NCBI GenBank assembly: GCA_964016885.1
Contig: OZ024743.1
Span: 146,134,001 to 146,198,000, forward strand
Direction: 5' to 3'
DNA from: Eledone cirrhosa
Lineage: Eukaryota
Length of the DNA: 64,000 nt
The translations under genes and the position numbers were made by a program. The notes under the pieces are model-generated. The model had not been told where the DNA came from, searched no databases, and saw only the letters and a program-made list of their open reading frames with translations. This document shows, piece after piece, positions 13,918 through 27,260 of the stretch; position 1 is the stretch's first letter, and each line of letters begins with the position of its first letter.

Positions 13918-13968
13918 TATTACTTGATATAATTGACTCTTCTCTAATTGCTGGTATTGTGCCTAAAT

Positions 13969-14135
13969 CAGTAGTTCCCAAAGTGGGTTCTGCAAAGAAA
14001 TGTCTGGGGTTCCGTGAAAAAAGGTAGAGGAGTATATTGATATTACAACCATATAACAGTATTAGACTTTGGGGTCCCCCTAAATGTTTCTGAGCCAAAA
14101 AGGGTTCCCCATTTGAAAAAGTTTGGGAAACCCTG
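13969..14135. mobile_element. hAT-type MITE (half copies near 22884 and 24640-24705)
   Basis: Termini CAGtagttcccaaa...tttgggaaaccCTG; 8-bp TSD gcctaaat/gcctacat. Confidence 0.75.
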
Positions 14136-14171
14136 GCCTACATTATAAACCGTTATTATTAGTATTATTAA

Positions 14172-14365
14172 AGGGCGGTGGATTGGCAGTATCGGTAGAG
14201 GGTCGGACGCTATGCTTTCTAGCATAGTTACGTCCCTTTGCAGTCTGAGTTCAAATCCCGCCGAGGTTAACTTTGCTTTTCATCCTTACGGGGTCGATAA
14301 AATAAAGTACCAGTAATGTACTGGGTAATTGCTGGCCTTGTGCCTAAAGTAGAAACAATTATTAT
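14172..14365 (+). mobile_element. tRNA-derived SINE, representative copy. Others near 2351, 3030, 11190(-), 13625, 31030, 36345, 37107(-), 42470, 54123, 55920(-), 62455(-), 62670(-)
   Basis: A-box-like tggcagtatcggtagag, B-box gagttcaaatccc, central tttcatccttacggggtcgataaaataaagtaccag (Meta-SINE-like, from memory), tail gctggccttgtgcc. Confidence 0.88.
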
Positions 14366-16205
14366 TAATTCAGTCACTCTGATGAGATAGTTAAGTTCTT
14401 GGTTGAATGGAGTATTTTATTGATTTCAGTTCCCATTTGGTATTGCTCCCCTTATGTTGCATAAATCAGATATTTGATGTTTACATAAAAAAATGTAAAA
14501 TTTGTAGAGTGTTTTTTAGTTTCACTCTTTTTTTATTTTGACATTAATCAATCAGGCTATATATAAAACTATGACTGTCACTCACATTCTGATATGACTT
14601 GGTAGTATGTACTATGGCTTCACTTGGAGTTTTAAAAGTGGCCATGCTGTTGTGAGCAGATACAAATACCTTTCCTTGATACAACGGAATATCAAGGATG
14701 TGATAGATGAAAGGAGAGGGTTGGTACTTTTTTTTTTTTTATTATTGCCAAAAGGCAAAATGGATTGCTGCAGTATTTCAACTCAGAGTGTGGGGAGCTG
14801 GAATAAATATCCAACATATCTAAAAACTTTGCCAAATTGTCCAATATATATATACATATAGTGAAACAGTAGAATTTGGTAAAACTAGTGATGGTCTGGA
14901 TTGCCAAATAATACATAAAGTTTTAATATCTTCAGACAAGAACCCTTCACTGAAGAGAAATTAGTTTATCAAAGATTTCTGCCTTTTCTTCATGATATAA
15001 CATCTGTTTAACTATTTGAAATGTATATATATATATATATTTATATATATATGTAGTTATAGGTGCAGGCATGGCTGTGTGGTTAAGTTCCCCTTGCAAT
15101 CATATAACACCTTGGGCAAATGACTTCCACTATAAATTTGGACCAATCAGTGACTTGTGAATGAATTTGGTATGTGGAAACTGTATGAAACTTGTATGTG
15201 TGTGTGATAGTACAAATGTTCGTTTATGTTTCGTATAAACAAATATCCACTTACTAAGCAGTTAAATGTGCAAAGAGGTTGGCATCAGGAAGGGTATCTG
15301 GCCATAGGATTCTACCTTGGAAATGTCTTCTCCAGCCCATGCCAGCATGGAAAAATGAACAAAAAAAACAACAATGATGATAATGATGATGTTGATTTAA
15401 ATTAACGTTAACATTTTATATTAGGAGCATAAAAAATTATATGATAAAGAAAAAACAATAGTCATGAACGTATTGATTCTTTTTCAAGCACAGGAGACAA
15501 TTCTACATATGTTTCACTCTCATTAGACCTCTTCAGCAAAGCATAACCTTCACTGAACTTGGCAAAATAGTGATGAGAGAATCTTTGATTAGACATACAA
15601 ATAATGTACACTAGTTGATGTAGAAAACAATAGCTTCTTGGTTATATATTAGATACAAGTTTATACATTTATTAATATTATTTCAAAATGGTATTGCCAT
15701 TAATTTAGTAGTCTACAAAACTATGAAACAGAAAAAAAAGTTTGGATAATTAAATAAATAATAATGTCTATAGGGTAAGCAGTGCTTACATTGCTTCTTA
15801 AGAATATATGCCACTGCTATATATATGTGAATGTGTGTATATAGTAATAATAAATTCAAAATACCAAAATCCAGAGAGGACTCGATAACAGTTTGTTCAT
15901 AACTGGACCATACAGTAACATGGCTCCACTATGAGTAAGGTTTGATGCCGACAACTGGCTCGATCTTCCTCATAGTGAGACCATCTGGCTCCCAAACCAT
16001 GGCTCTGATTTGAGCGGGGTACAGCACGGTCAATTGGCCTGTCCCTCCACTTCCACACTATAAACGTGGCTGGTGATAGGAAGGGCATCCGGCTTTAAAA
16101 ATCCCAGCCAAATTACAGTTCCATCTGGCCAGACTTGTCTCATGATGTGGGTGACTCATCTAACCCATACAAGCATGGAAAATGGCCATTAAACGGTGAT
16201 GATGA

Positions 16206-16271
<66 letters not shown>

Positions 16272-17808
16272 CTCTGTGTGTGTATGAAACATTCTGTTGG
16301 ATTCAGTAATTTGGAATTTTGAACCTCTTTATTCGAACCATTGAGGTAGACAGTCCTCCTTTCATTATACCACACCCAGAAGATCTTTGTATTAATTATT
16401 TGTGATAGTGCCTGCTTGTTCCTCTTAAACTAGAGTATGTATAGATACACTGACCTACAGATTACACTCAAAACCAACACGTAGGCTAATGCACTATCAT
16501 TTAATAATTTTATTAACTATGATATTGTTCCCAAGGACTACTATATAATTGAAATTGGGAACTTTAAACTTAAGCTTTTTTTATGATCTTAGGATTTGTG
16601 TTCTTATTTTCCTTGATTAAAGGCTCCTTATATGATGTTCATATCTGTGCTAGGCCTACTGTGGTGACATTCCTTATCTTTGTCCCACCTAGACTACAGC
16701 TTTATCATTTTCCTCTAGACTTAATTTAATATTCCCAGCCACACATCTAAAGAAGGCTGGATGACATAATGACTAAAACATGACAATAACAACCAAGATG
16801 AGGGCATTAGTCTGAATAAATTGTTTTATAGTAATGATAGTTTCACATTTCAGAAATTCAAACAAAATTGAAACATTCTCATTCTTTTCAACTCCAATTA
16901 AATCCTATGATCAAATGCATTTCAGGTATGGCTGATATATATTTTTAAGGATATCTATGACTACATTATCTAATGTATGTTTTTTATGTTGAGGGATATA
17001 ATTTGAGGGAAATTTGGCTGCTGTTTCAAGAAGGTTAAGTGACCACATAGTGACTCCTTTGTCTCTCCTACAGTAAAAGTGCATAAAGTTTATGCATATA
17101 AGTATGTTTAGGAATGTGTATATATACACAGAGACACTTTTGTCTTTCTTGCAATGAAAGTGCAGAAAGTTTATAAATAGAAGTATGTTTAGGAAGTATA
17201 TGTATCAATATATGTCTGTGTTATAAATAAAATAGAAAATGTTATCATTAATTATTAATTGGTATAATCTATTTATATAATTTACACCATTATTATGCTT
17301 TTGTGTCACTTCTGGAATGCCCAAAATATTTTCACTGAATTAAATAATAAATTCATATACCGTATATACTTAAAAATAAGCTGATCCCCTATTTTATGTC
17401 TGAGAAAGAGGCAAAAATCCAAACCCATTTTTATAAGCCAAGGCAGGTATATGTTTAGATGGGTTTGAAATTCTCATGAGTGAAGAATATATTTATGAAT
17501 ATTTTCATATTAAAAATGATTTAAGTGTCATTTAGAATATAGTTTTTGTTCCACATTACAATTATGTAATGGTTTTTGATCATTTTGAAGAGCATATTCA
17601 AAATATTAACTTCAAATATAAGCCATTTACGGTATATATATATATATATGCTCAAGGACAAGGCGATGCGTTATGTCCTTGAGCAAGACACTTTATTTCA
17701 CGTTGCTCCTTCTACCTGGAGTTGCGACCGATAGATAGTATTAGCAATTGGAAAGACCAACGGAAACATTGTTCCTTCGGTCCGATTTGACAAAAAAGTC
17801 GATCGTTC

Positions 17809-17842
<34 letters not shown>

Positions 17843-17934
17843 GTAGAACACTGGAAGGTAATATCCGTAGTGGTAGAGCACTTAGTCCATGGGACGAGTT
17901 AGGTAGAAGTGGTTACACAACAGTTAGTTCACCA

Positions 17935-17977
17935 TACCGAGAACAATTGTTTCACCTTAGCGGATCCTCAGCTCGTA
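17935..17977 (-). ncRNA. Minimal type-I hammerhead-ribozyme-like motif with palindromic stem III
   Basis: Minus strand reads tacgag-CTGAGGA-tcc-gctaa-ggt-GAAAC-aatt-GTT-ctcggta. Stem I tacgag/ctcggta; AACAATTGTT is a perfect palindrome. Confidence 0.6.
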
Positions 17978-17996
17978 ATCATTACGTAACCACTTC

Positions 17997-18027
<31 letters not shown>

Positions 18028-18240
18028 TAGGAATGTGGTAAAAACCAACTAGACCATAACCCACCAGAGTACTTGATACTTGGGGTAGTAGAGTGGGTAA
18101 TACGAAAAGATTCAGGACCCCGACAGTTGAGCTCCGGCAGTTTCAACAGCTAGATCCAAACTTAGTTTAGATCTAGTTGTCGAAACAGCCGGAGCTCAGC
18201 CGTCAGGGTCCTGAATCTTTTCATATATATATATATATAT

Positions 18241-18525
18241 ATGGGTGACCAAATTAGCAGCGGAGGTGGGTGTTCCAGAAGTACAGTAACCAGAGTGAGA
18301 ATGGGATGGAAGAAGTTCAGGGAACTACTACCACTACTAGCTACAAAAGGCCTTTTCCTCAAAAGGAAATGCAGACTGTATGATGCATGCATACAAACAA
18401 CAATGTTGCATGGTAGTGAGACTTGGGCGCTGAGTGCAGAATATTTATGAAGATTGGAAAGAAATGAAGCTTGCATGCTCCAATGGATGTGTAATAGTAA
18501 TATACGCGAACAGCAAAGCATAGAC
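18241..18525 (+). mobile_element. RTE LINE fragment
   Basis: GDQISSGGGC...GWKKFRELLPLL...LHGSETW. Confidence 0.88.
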
Positions 18526-19298
18526 GAATAAATATTTATAAATATTTTAACTGTTTGATCTTAATTCTAAGCAGAGCAGCCAACCTCTATTTGATTACAT
18601 GATACTGTACTGCTACTCAACTACTTCAATAACCAAGTGAAATCCAAACGAGCCAGTTCAACCAGCACTTGTGTGTCAAATTGCCTGCTGATGATCATGT
18701 ATCCAGTCCAAATTGCTTACACAGTTGTTGTTAAAGTGCAGTTGTAATTGCTATTGCACATACAGATAGTGCATTAGAAACAACTACGGTCCAGATAAAT
18801 ATGACTTTTTCCCTGGATATTTGTTCATGTTATCTTTTATATAAGACCTTCATGTGGTCTATGATGTTTGCTCATGGTCAGTCATTTCTAAATGGTCATT
18901 CATTTCTAAATAAGTTGCCACTCTGAAAAAATGAGTTCATTTTAAATGTCATTGAGTGGAAAGGGACCATCTCTCTGTCTCTTTCTTTATATATATATAT
19001 ATATATATATATGATATTAAATAAATGGAAACTATATTTATAAAACCATATTTATTTCATTATATATATTTCAGGGATATCATATTAACAATATGTTATG
19101 CCTTCATCAGACAAAATACAATATAAACAGTCTTATAAATAAATAGATATGACATACCTTTCAATCGACTTGCATTTGGGAAGTTGATTTGGCAGTAAAA
19201 TTTAATATCATAAATATACTCCAAATACTTGTTGAGTGCTTTTATATCAGTTATAAATATTTACTCGTTGTTAACCCAACAATTTAAATATAACTTTC

Positions 19299-19362
<64 letters not shown>

Positions 19363-19363
<1 letters not shown>

Positions 19364-20805
19364 TAGCAGTTTAGCCCGGCATTGTTCAGGTTTGTTCATT
19401 TGCTATGAAAAGTTACATACAGGTAAACGTGGCTTGAAAGCGAATAAGCTTATCAATTAAGTGAATAAAGCAGTTGAACCGGTTATTAAAAGTTACGAAC
19501 CAATTAGCATTTTGGACAATCAATGATGGGTTAATAATCTTCCAATAGCGAATTTAGCAGACCAAAGTTGCAAGATGGTGGCCCTGATGCCGCTAGGTGT
19601 CAGATCTGTCCGCCATGGGTGACCCTACCAGGAAATAGTTTTCCAAACGGCATAGCTCCAACACCTCCAACACCTGCACCGACATCTTTAGCACCTCTTT
19701 GTAGACGATATTGCGTGTCATCCCTTGAGTGTAAGCAAAAAGTCCATTCCTGCTCCCTACGAGGGAACAGGCAACATAAAGTTGGCCATGGGAGAAGCAT
19801 GGCTCCCCCAAATGGATGCCCGCCACCGATAATGTTTGCCCTTGTGACTTGTTAATGGACATGGCAAAACATGGTCTCACCGGGAATTGGGATCGCCGGA
19901 AATCGAACGGGATATCTGACGCCGAGGGGAAAAGGTTCATCCTTGGCAGTGTATTCAGCAGAATTGCCAGAAGTACAACACTATGGGTGTTGTCATATTA
20001 ATATTTAACCAATGAAAGTCGTAATAAATAAATAATTTAAACATTCCGATTCATATGTCTATAGCATTAATCTGTTATATGAAGTGTTATTTTGCGGGTT
20101 GTTATTTGCAATAAGCCGATTTAAAATACCCCAGAAAAGTTGTATGTCAATACGGAACTCCAATGACTCCCCCAGCAGTTAAATTATAGAGAGGGGGAAT
20201 AATCTATTATAGAGAGAGGGAAGAGCGATGGAGAGAGTAAAGCTAAGAAACTATAGGGAGGTGTGTAAAACAGTGTTGTCATATAGAGAGTGAAGAGCAA
20301 CAGAGTAAAGCAGTTAAATTATAGAGAGGGGTAATAATCTATTATAGAGAGAGGGAAGAGCGACGGAGAGAGTAAAGCTAAGAAACTATAGGGAGGTGTG
20401 TTAAACCTCAAAGCATGAAGAGAGTAAAGCAGTTAAATTATAGAGAGGCGGAATGATCTATTATAGAGAGAGGGAAGAGCGACGGAGAAAGCGTTATGAC
20501 TATGTTTGTTGTATAAAATGATGTGTTGCTTAGTTTTCAAAGTTTATGTCGCGTTCCTGAACGAAGTTTTGTCGCTGTTGGGTAGTAGAGAGAGTGAATA
20601 AGCGTGTAAGGAAGAGGTATTTAGTTTTATCGATTTTTTTTTCATAGAAGCTGGAAATTTTTGGCAAAGTTTATTACGCGTTGACCATCGTTGGTAAATT
20701 TGGAGCACATTGGAAAAAAAAAATCATCAAAATCAGTAGAGAAATGTGGAAATGCATAAAAATCATACACACTCACACAGACAGACATCTTCCGTTTTAT
20801 ATATA
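19363..20805 (-). mobile_element. Non-autonomous Helitron with PIF1-helicase C-terminal fragment, inserted in a (TA)n tract
   Basis: 19593-19940 encodes FRRSQFPVRPCFAMSINKSQGQTL...FSHGQLYVACS...TRNIVYKEVL (Helitron helicase motifs). The 3' end is CTAG at 19363-19366 next to a GC-rich sub-terminal sequence. Internal tandem repeats at 20175-20490; 5' end tataaaacggaagatgtctgtctg. Confidence 0.88.
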
Positions 20806-23386
20806 TATATATAGAGAGAGAGCGGAGAATGCAAATTGTTTAATAGATTTTTTTAAAATATAGAAATATAGGAACTTATGAATGAAGAGTAGATGCTTAT
20901 AGCGTTTGTAAAAAGTAACATTTTCCTTGCATTCTGTCATTTTGAAGAATGGAATATACATTCAGAAAAATTTATACTCTGTTTCTCAATTTCTTTTCTT
21001 TTTTTTTGTTTCATATCACTGCTTTCTTTGATTCTATATTTGTAGTAGTTAAATGTGAGTGATGTTATGAATCCAAATGTTAGCCATATTATAACATTTA
21101 TTTGTTTTATGAAGGCGTCTACAATCTTTATGTATAATAAACTTACAAGAATCTCACTATGTATGTTTTAAGCTGTGAACATGTCACAACTATCTCAGTA
21201 GCTGCGTGAGAATGTCAGACGTGTTTCTGGATGTTTATCCATCATTGGATATATATGTATATGTGTGTAATTATATACACACACATATACATATATGATA
21301 CCCATTATTGGTGTCATTAACCATCATCCTCTTGCCCCACCAGTCTGAGATAACATTGAACACTATCTGGGTTATACATCACCTGCTGTCTTCTACCATG
21401 ACATAACACTAACACTATTGCTATCCTACTGTGTTGTTCATGTTGTTTTTCTAAATAACCTTTTACCCACTGCCAACAACCTACATGTAGCTACCATTAT
21501 CCCATACATTTCCTACCATCCTGTCACTCTAATCACCCCTTTACATTTGTCTTTCAAAACAAAAGAGACTATGTAGAATGAAGAGGACGTTTTAGCCTTG
21601 ATGGAACAAAATAATCTCACTTGTGCTATGGCCTCGATAAATGCACTCAATACACTCTCTGAAGTAGTTGGTGTTGGGAAGAGCAGCCTGCCGTATAAGT
21701 CATGCAAAAAAATTGAACAAGACAGTGCCCCAGCATGGCTGCAGTCTAATGACAAACAAATAAAAGAGTAAACGCATATGTACGAGATGTGGTCTTCTGG
21801 CACATCTTGGAGGGCAGTAACTCTGAATAGGACCGTAGTGACTGTCCAACCCATGCCAGCATGGAAATTGACATAAAATGATGATGAGGATGTTGTACAT
21901 TGGTGATAATGAATTGATGAAAGAGTATTCAATACATGTTGTAGAGTATAAAAAATGTATTTGGCTGAAGCCATTCATGTCGTTACTCAGAGTTTCTTTG
22001 TATCATACTGATTCAGACAGCAAACACATGGCAAAAAATAACAATATACTGATAAAAATCAAGCTAGTATGTTAAATCACCCCATTTGTTGGACCATTTA
22101 CTTATACGTAAATATAGCATTAATTGAGACAAGGGGGATAATTCATGAACGATGAAATAATATTAATTTGAAAATGAATGGTAATGTATTTGAAAGGAAA
22201 TAATTGAAATGAAATAATTATTAACCTTCAATTTCATTTTACACTTTTTCACTTAAAAAAAGTGTAAAGGGTAGAGTGTAAATCAGCAGAGATGCTAAAA
22301 CAAAAAGCTTAATCAAAAGGATTGCTATTGAATAGCATTGAAAGTAGTTAATTAAACTAAAGAGAACAATCACTTGCCTCAGCTAGGATTTGATAAAGTA
22401 TTCATTTGGAACAATCCAATTAGGGTGGAAAAAACAACCTAATGAAGAACTTGATGTGGCAATTTATTTAACATAGCTATTAATGTAATGAAGTTTTAAA
22501 GTGGATTTATTTAGATTTCTTTCTGAAATTTGCCCTCCATGTTGATACTGATTTACTTTATAAAAAAACAAATTGTAAATTAAGCTAAGTGAGAAATTAA
22601 TGTTGATATATACATATGGCAAATTAATTAACAAACATTTTTATTTGTTAATTATATTCATGATTTATTACTAAAACACTGTTACTACTCATTAAGGACT
22701 TCATTTTGGTTTCATCACAGTGTCTTGAACATTGCTCTATATTTAGATTAGTAAGCTTTCACTTATTCAGTTCTGGTATTTGTACTTAAATATATTGATA
22801 TTATTAAAGATCACACTGAGATCAAGTGTCTACTAATAGTAGTTTCAGTTTTAGTTTAAGATAGTATCTTGAAAAGTCTAGAGCAGTGTTTTCCAAAGTG
22901 CAAAAAATTTCTGACCTTTTATGAGATAAAGTATCTCTTTATAAAATTTAATAAAATATTATTAATTTTTTCATTTGAATAAATTCTCTTTCTAAAACAA
23001 TATTTATTCATTTAATGTCTCTTTGAAATTAGGTTGGAGATATGCTTTAAAATATAAGTTTGTTTTCCACAGTTCTTTCAAAATCATATAAGGGTTTCAC
23101 AACAAACTAAGTTTATCTAGACCACTGGTCTAGATAAACTAAGTAGGGGAAAATGACAGGTAAAATTAGAAAACTTAGAAATAGAAATAAATAGAATGTA
23201 GGAATTGAAACTTCATAAAATCCATGTAACAACAGGAGTGTTAACTTTAACAAAATAGTATAAATATACACAAAAACAAGATTATCCAGTATATACCTTG
23301 CACACATATTTTTAAAAATGTTTGCATTAGTGAAAAGTAATAAATACATAAAAGGACTTACACACACAATGAAAATTAATTATTAA

Positions 23387-23587
23387 CCCTTTAGCATTTA
23401 CATTACTCTATATTGTATTTTCACAGTAAAAGCTTTATCTCACATAATATCGAATCTACAAAATTTTGATATTATTTATTTTGAAAACAATACCTTAATG
23501 TCAATATGAGCAGCCGGTTATGGCCGGTTTGAACAGAAACAGGTGAGAGAATTCTGGCCAGATACAGCTGGTTTCAATGCTAAAGGG
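23387..23587. mobile_element. piggyBac-type MITE (another 3' end at 1-34)
   Basis: TIRs CCCTTTAGCATT / AATGCTAAAGGG flanked by TTAA on both sides. Confidence 0.85.
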
Positions 23588-24705
23588 TTAAAGTGTAAGT
23601 GAACCTATATATACACATGGCAATTAGGGGTGAACTTGGTAATATGGCAAATATATGCATTGTTGTGAAATAGTTAATGATGATTGTGTTGTTCTTACTG
23701 GTGGTAGCAACAGTGGTGATGATTTCTTTTATTTGTCACAAGAAGACATGTACAGGTTACAAAATGTGGCAGGGTTTATGTAGAAATTGAATGAGAATTG
23801 AAACAGAAAATGAAAATTGAAGTATGTACAGTGTACAACATTTTTTAAAAGTCCTTAGAATAAGACTGTCACCTAAGGAAAATCAAGGATCCTTGTTGAT
23901 CTTGGATTTCCTGCATACCAACAGTATATGCTGTCTCTCAGCTGTCATTCTCTGACCTATAAAAAAATGTTAATGCAGTGGAATTAAAACACATAGTTGA
24001 GAAGCAAACTTCTTAACCACATGACTATATTTGTACCATATATCAACATCATCATTATTTTACATCTGTTTTTCCATACTCTCAAGGGTTGGACAGGTTG
24101 TTACCGACCAGTTCAATACTTAATCACAGCTACTGTCCTAGATGATTTGGGGAACCATGCCTCACTTAATAACCTCGGTTTTTGGCATGGTTTCTATGGC
24201 TGTACTTAGCACCAGATAGATTGTTGTTTTTGATGTGATTAAAAAGCCCTCTATACCCATTGTTGTTACTTTCGAAAGACACCCACCTTATAGAGTGTAT
24301 TGAGTACTTTTTTATTGTTGTCCCAACACTAGAGAGGGCATCTTGTTTTAGGTGAATGTAACCAAGGGTGAGAATAGACAGTTGATAGTGGCAATGCGGG
24401 ACATAAGAGGGATCACCTTGTTCTAAGGCAGGAATGGAAATAGGAAGTGCGTGGTACAGAGGAAAGCAATGGGGCTAGATATTGACTGTTGGTAGGAGGT
24501 TGAATAGATAGCAACAGGAGGAAATGGAGCCATATGGAGAAGGAAGAATGATGATCAGCAGTAAAAGGTGACTGATAGTAATAATGTGGATAGTAGTAAG
24601 TGGATGGTCGTAATATAAATATACACCTCTACCATTATTCATGGAACCCCAGACACTTGTTTGCGGAACCCTTGGGTTCCACGGAAGCCACTTTGGGAAC
24701 CACTG

Positions 24706-25250
24706 CTCTATATGTTTCACATGTCTATATCAACACAGCTTTCTCTCTTCTATACTACATCTGATTCCTTTCATACCCAGTTTTTCTTCTAACGTATTTA
24801 CACTCTATAGGTCATGCATTTATTGGAGCTTGCTTGCCTAATTTCTTTCTAGCTACTGCAGATCTTTCTCATTCAAGGAAGATCTGCAAGCAGCATCATA
24901 GTTCATATACAAGCATCATATAATCTGCTCTTTACTCTCAGAGAAAAAAAACCTTTTATTGTCAGCAGAGATAACAATTCCTTGAACTTTTTCCACTTTG
25001 TTTTTATTCTTACTACTATACTTTTGGTACATTCACCCCCACTACTGATTAGATCACCTAGGTAACAGAAGTGAACTATTTCCAGTGCACCTTCTGAGCA
25101 TTTGAGAGGAATTTATTTTGTATATGTTTTTACTGCTAACTACTCCTCTGTACCTGCCACACATAAAGTCTACCTTTTCTGCCAGCCTGCCTGTAATCCC
25201 AATACATTTGTTGTGCATTACATTGGGTACACTGTACATCATTTTTATTT
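24706..25250 (-). mobile_element. RTE LINE fragment (similar remnants at 4760-5330 and 61250-61780)
   Basis: Antisense RTE RT-thumb sequence (ccttgaactttttcca, tcacctaggtaacaga, HNKCIGITGRL). Confidence 0.75.
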
Positions 25251-25317
25251 ACATCTTTTCTGCATATATATATGTGTGGCGGTGTGTGAAAGTGTATGTA
25301 TGTATGTAAATAAATAA

Positions 25318-25344
<27 letters not shown>

Positions 25345-25349
<5 letters not shown>

Positions 25350-27260
25350 GTAAAAGGTAAACAGAAATAACAACACAATCGGTATAGTATATGGAAGGGA
25401 TATATTAGGTTAACGCTTGATATAGCAGGAAGAGGGTATTAATGTTTCGGACGCTAGTCCTTCATCAGAAGAAAGAATGAGAAATAAGATAGATTGAGTG
25501 GACGGGCGGGTTGGAATTGGAAAAATTGTTTTAGATAACAACACAGGTCCATTCATGTTGACATCTCTTGCAAAACTGTTGGTGCTGGCGTTTTGTGTAT
25601 GATTTATTTTTTAGAAAAGTAGATGATGGAGCGCGTCTACCTGAAATGGAAAAAAAAACCTTTTGTAAAAAGAGCTATACTTGTGCACGTGTGTGTGTGT
25701 ATTATTATACGTCCGTACGAAGCTAAGAAGAAATGTGTGTGTATATGTGAGTAAACCAGTGTGTGTGCATGTAAGTACGAAGCTATGAGCAAAAGTATGT
25801 TAATATAAGGGTGTGTGTGTGTGTATACAGAGCAGTGAAGGGAAAAGAGGTGTGAGCATATATAGTCAGCCTGTATTAGTTGTAAGAGAAGACGTTAATG
25901 ATCAAGAGAAAGCGATAGGAATCTAGGCGTGTGGTAATGGACGGGGTATTAGAGAAATTGGGGAGGTGAGTTGAGTCCAAGAGGGGAATAGGACCCAAGG
26001 CAGTGAATCAGACTTTATTCAGTCCTGGTGCGCGAGGCCTGTGATCCATGATGTAAAAGGACACCCAGGACTGAAACATGTAGGGAAGAATGACCAGGAG
26101 AACAGAAATGACGGGCGACAGGAGTATCCAAACTGAGTCATATGTCTCTCAAATGCTCAGCAAAACGGTCCGCCATACGGCGTCCCATTTGTTCGGTGTA
26201 TAAAGACCCGCAAAGAGAAGAGTAGAGGGCATAGACAACATGGGTGGATGTGCAGGTGAAGGAATGGCGGATACGGAAAGACCCGTTAGGGCCTGTAAGA
26301 GTGGTGAGGGTGGAAACGAAGGGAAAAGTGTTGCAGCGGGAACGGGAACAAGGGTGAGAGCCAGGTGGAGTCGTGGGAGAGGACGAGAGGGAACTGCGAA
26401 CCAGGAGGTCGCGGAGGTTGCAGGTACACTTAAAAGCAGTAATGGGTGGGTTTGGGAAAAAGCGAGAAGTGACGGGGTCAGAAGGGAGAATGCGGAAGGA
26501 ACGGAGGATATGTCGCTGGAGTGGTAGGGTGATGGGGTGGTAGGTGAGAGGAAAAGGAACGTGGATGTTGGGAGGGCAGGGGTGTGGTGAGAGGGCTGTG
26601 GTGCGGTCTGTTTCATGGGTGCGGGTGAGAGCAGCTTGGATCAGAGTGGGGGGGATATCCACGCTGGATGAAGCAGGAAGCCATGCGAAGGGAATGGGTT
26701 TCAAAATCGTCGTCCTGGCTACAGAGTCGATGAAGACGGAGGAATAGGGAATAGGGTATGGAGTGTTTGGTGTGGGTTGGATGGGAGGAGGTGAAGTCGA
26801 AGTAAGATTGGGAGTCTGTTGGTTTAATGAAGATGGAAGTAGAGTGGGGTATGGTGAGAGTGATTAATAGATAGAGAGATATCTAGAAAAGCGACAGAAG
26901 AATCGGAGATGGAGGCGGTGAAATTGAGAGCAGGATGGAAAGATTGGACAAAAGAAAGAAAGCTGTCAAGCTGTTCACGTGACAGAGAGGTGGCGCTGAT
27001 ACAGTCATCAATATAACGACCGTATAGCTCAGTGTACTGGGAGAAGATCTGGACTTCGACGTAGCCAACAAACAAGTTGGCATAGTTTGGACCCATTCTA
27101 GTTCCCATCACGACTCCAGAGATCTGCTGATAGAATTTATCCGAAACAGAAAAGCCAATGAGGGTGAGAACAAGCTCAGCCAGACAGAGAAGAGTGGTAG
27201 TGCTGGGGTAAGGGGTAGTGCTGGTGTAAGTCTAAAAAATGTTGGAGAGTGTGGAGGCCA
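25345..27260 (-). mobile_element. Penelope-like retroelement (PLE), degenerate: RT, GIY-YIG endonuclease and 3' pseudo-LTR
   Basis: RT motifs MGTRMGPNYANLFVG...YGRYIDD (26824-27111) and KPTDSQSY. GIY-YIG region FTCTSTHVVYAL...LYTEQMGRRMADRFAEH (26138-26704). Hammerhead-like core at 25438-25472. Stops and frameshifts present. Confidence 0.9.
25438..25472 (-). ncRNA. Hammerhead-like core in the Penelope pseudo-LTR
   Basis: Minus strand reads CTGATGA-a-GGAC-tagc-GTCC-GAAAC-attaa. Stem II is a perfect 4 bp; stems I and III are eroded. Confidence 0.55.

Noticed and set aside
14172-14270. tRNA gene
   Set aside because: The A/B boxes belong to a multi-copy SINE head; no cloverleaf.
19095-19115. 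CTGATGAAGG on the minus strand as another hammerhead
   Set aside because: No GAAA or stem II follows.
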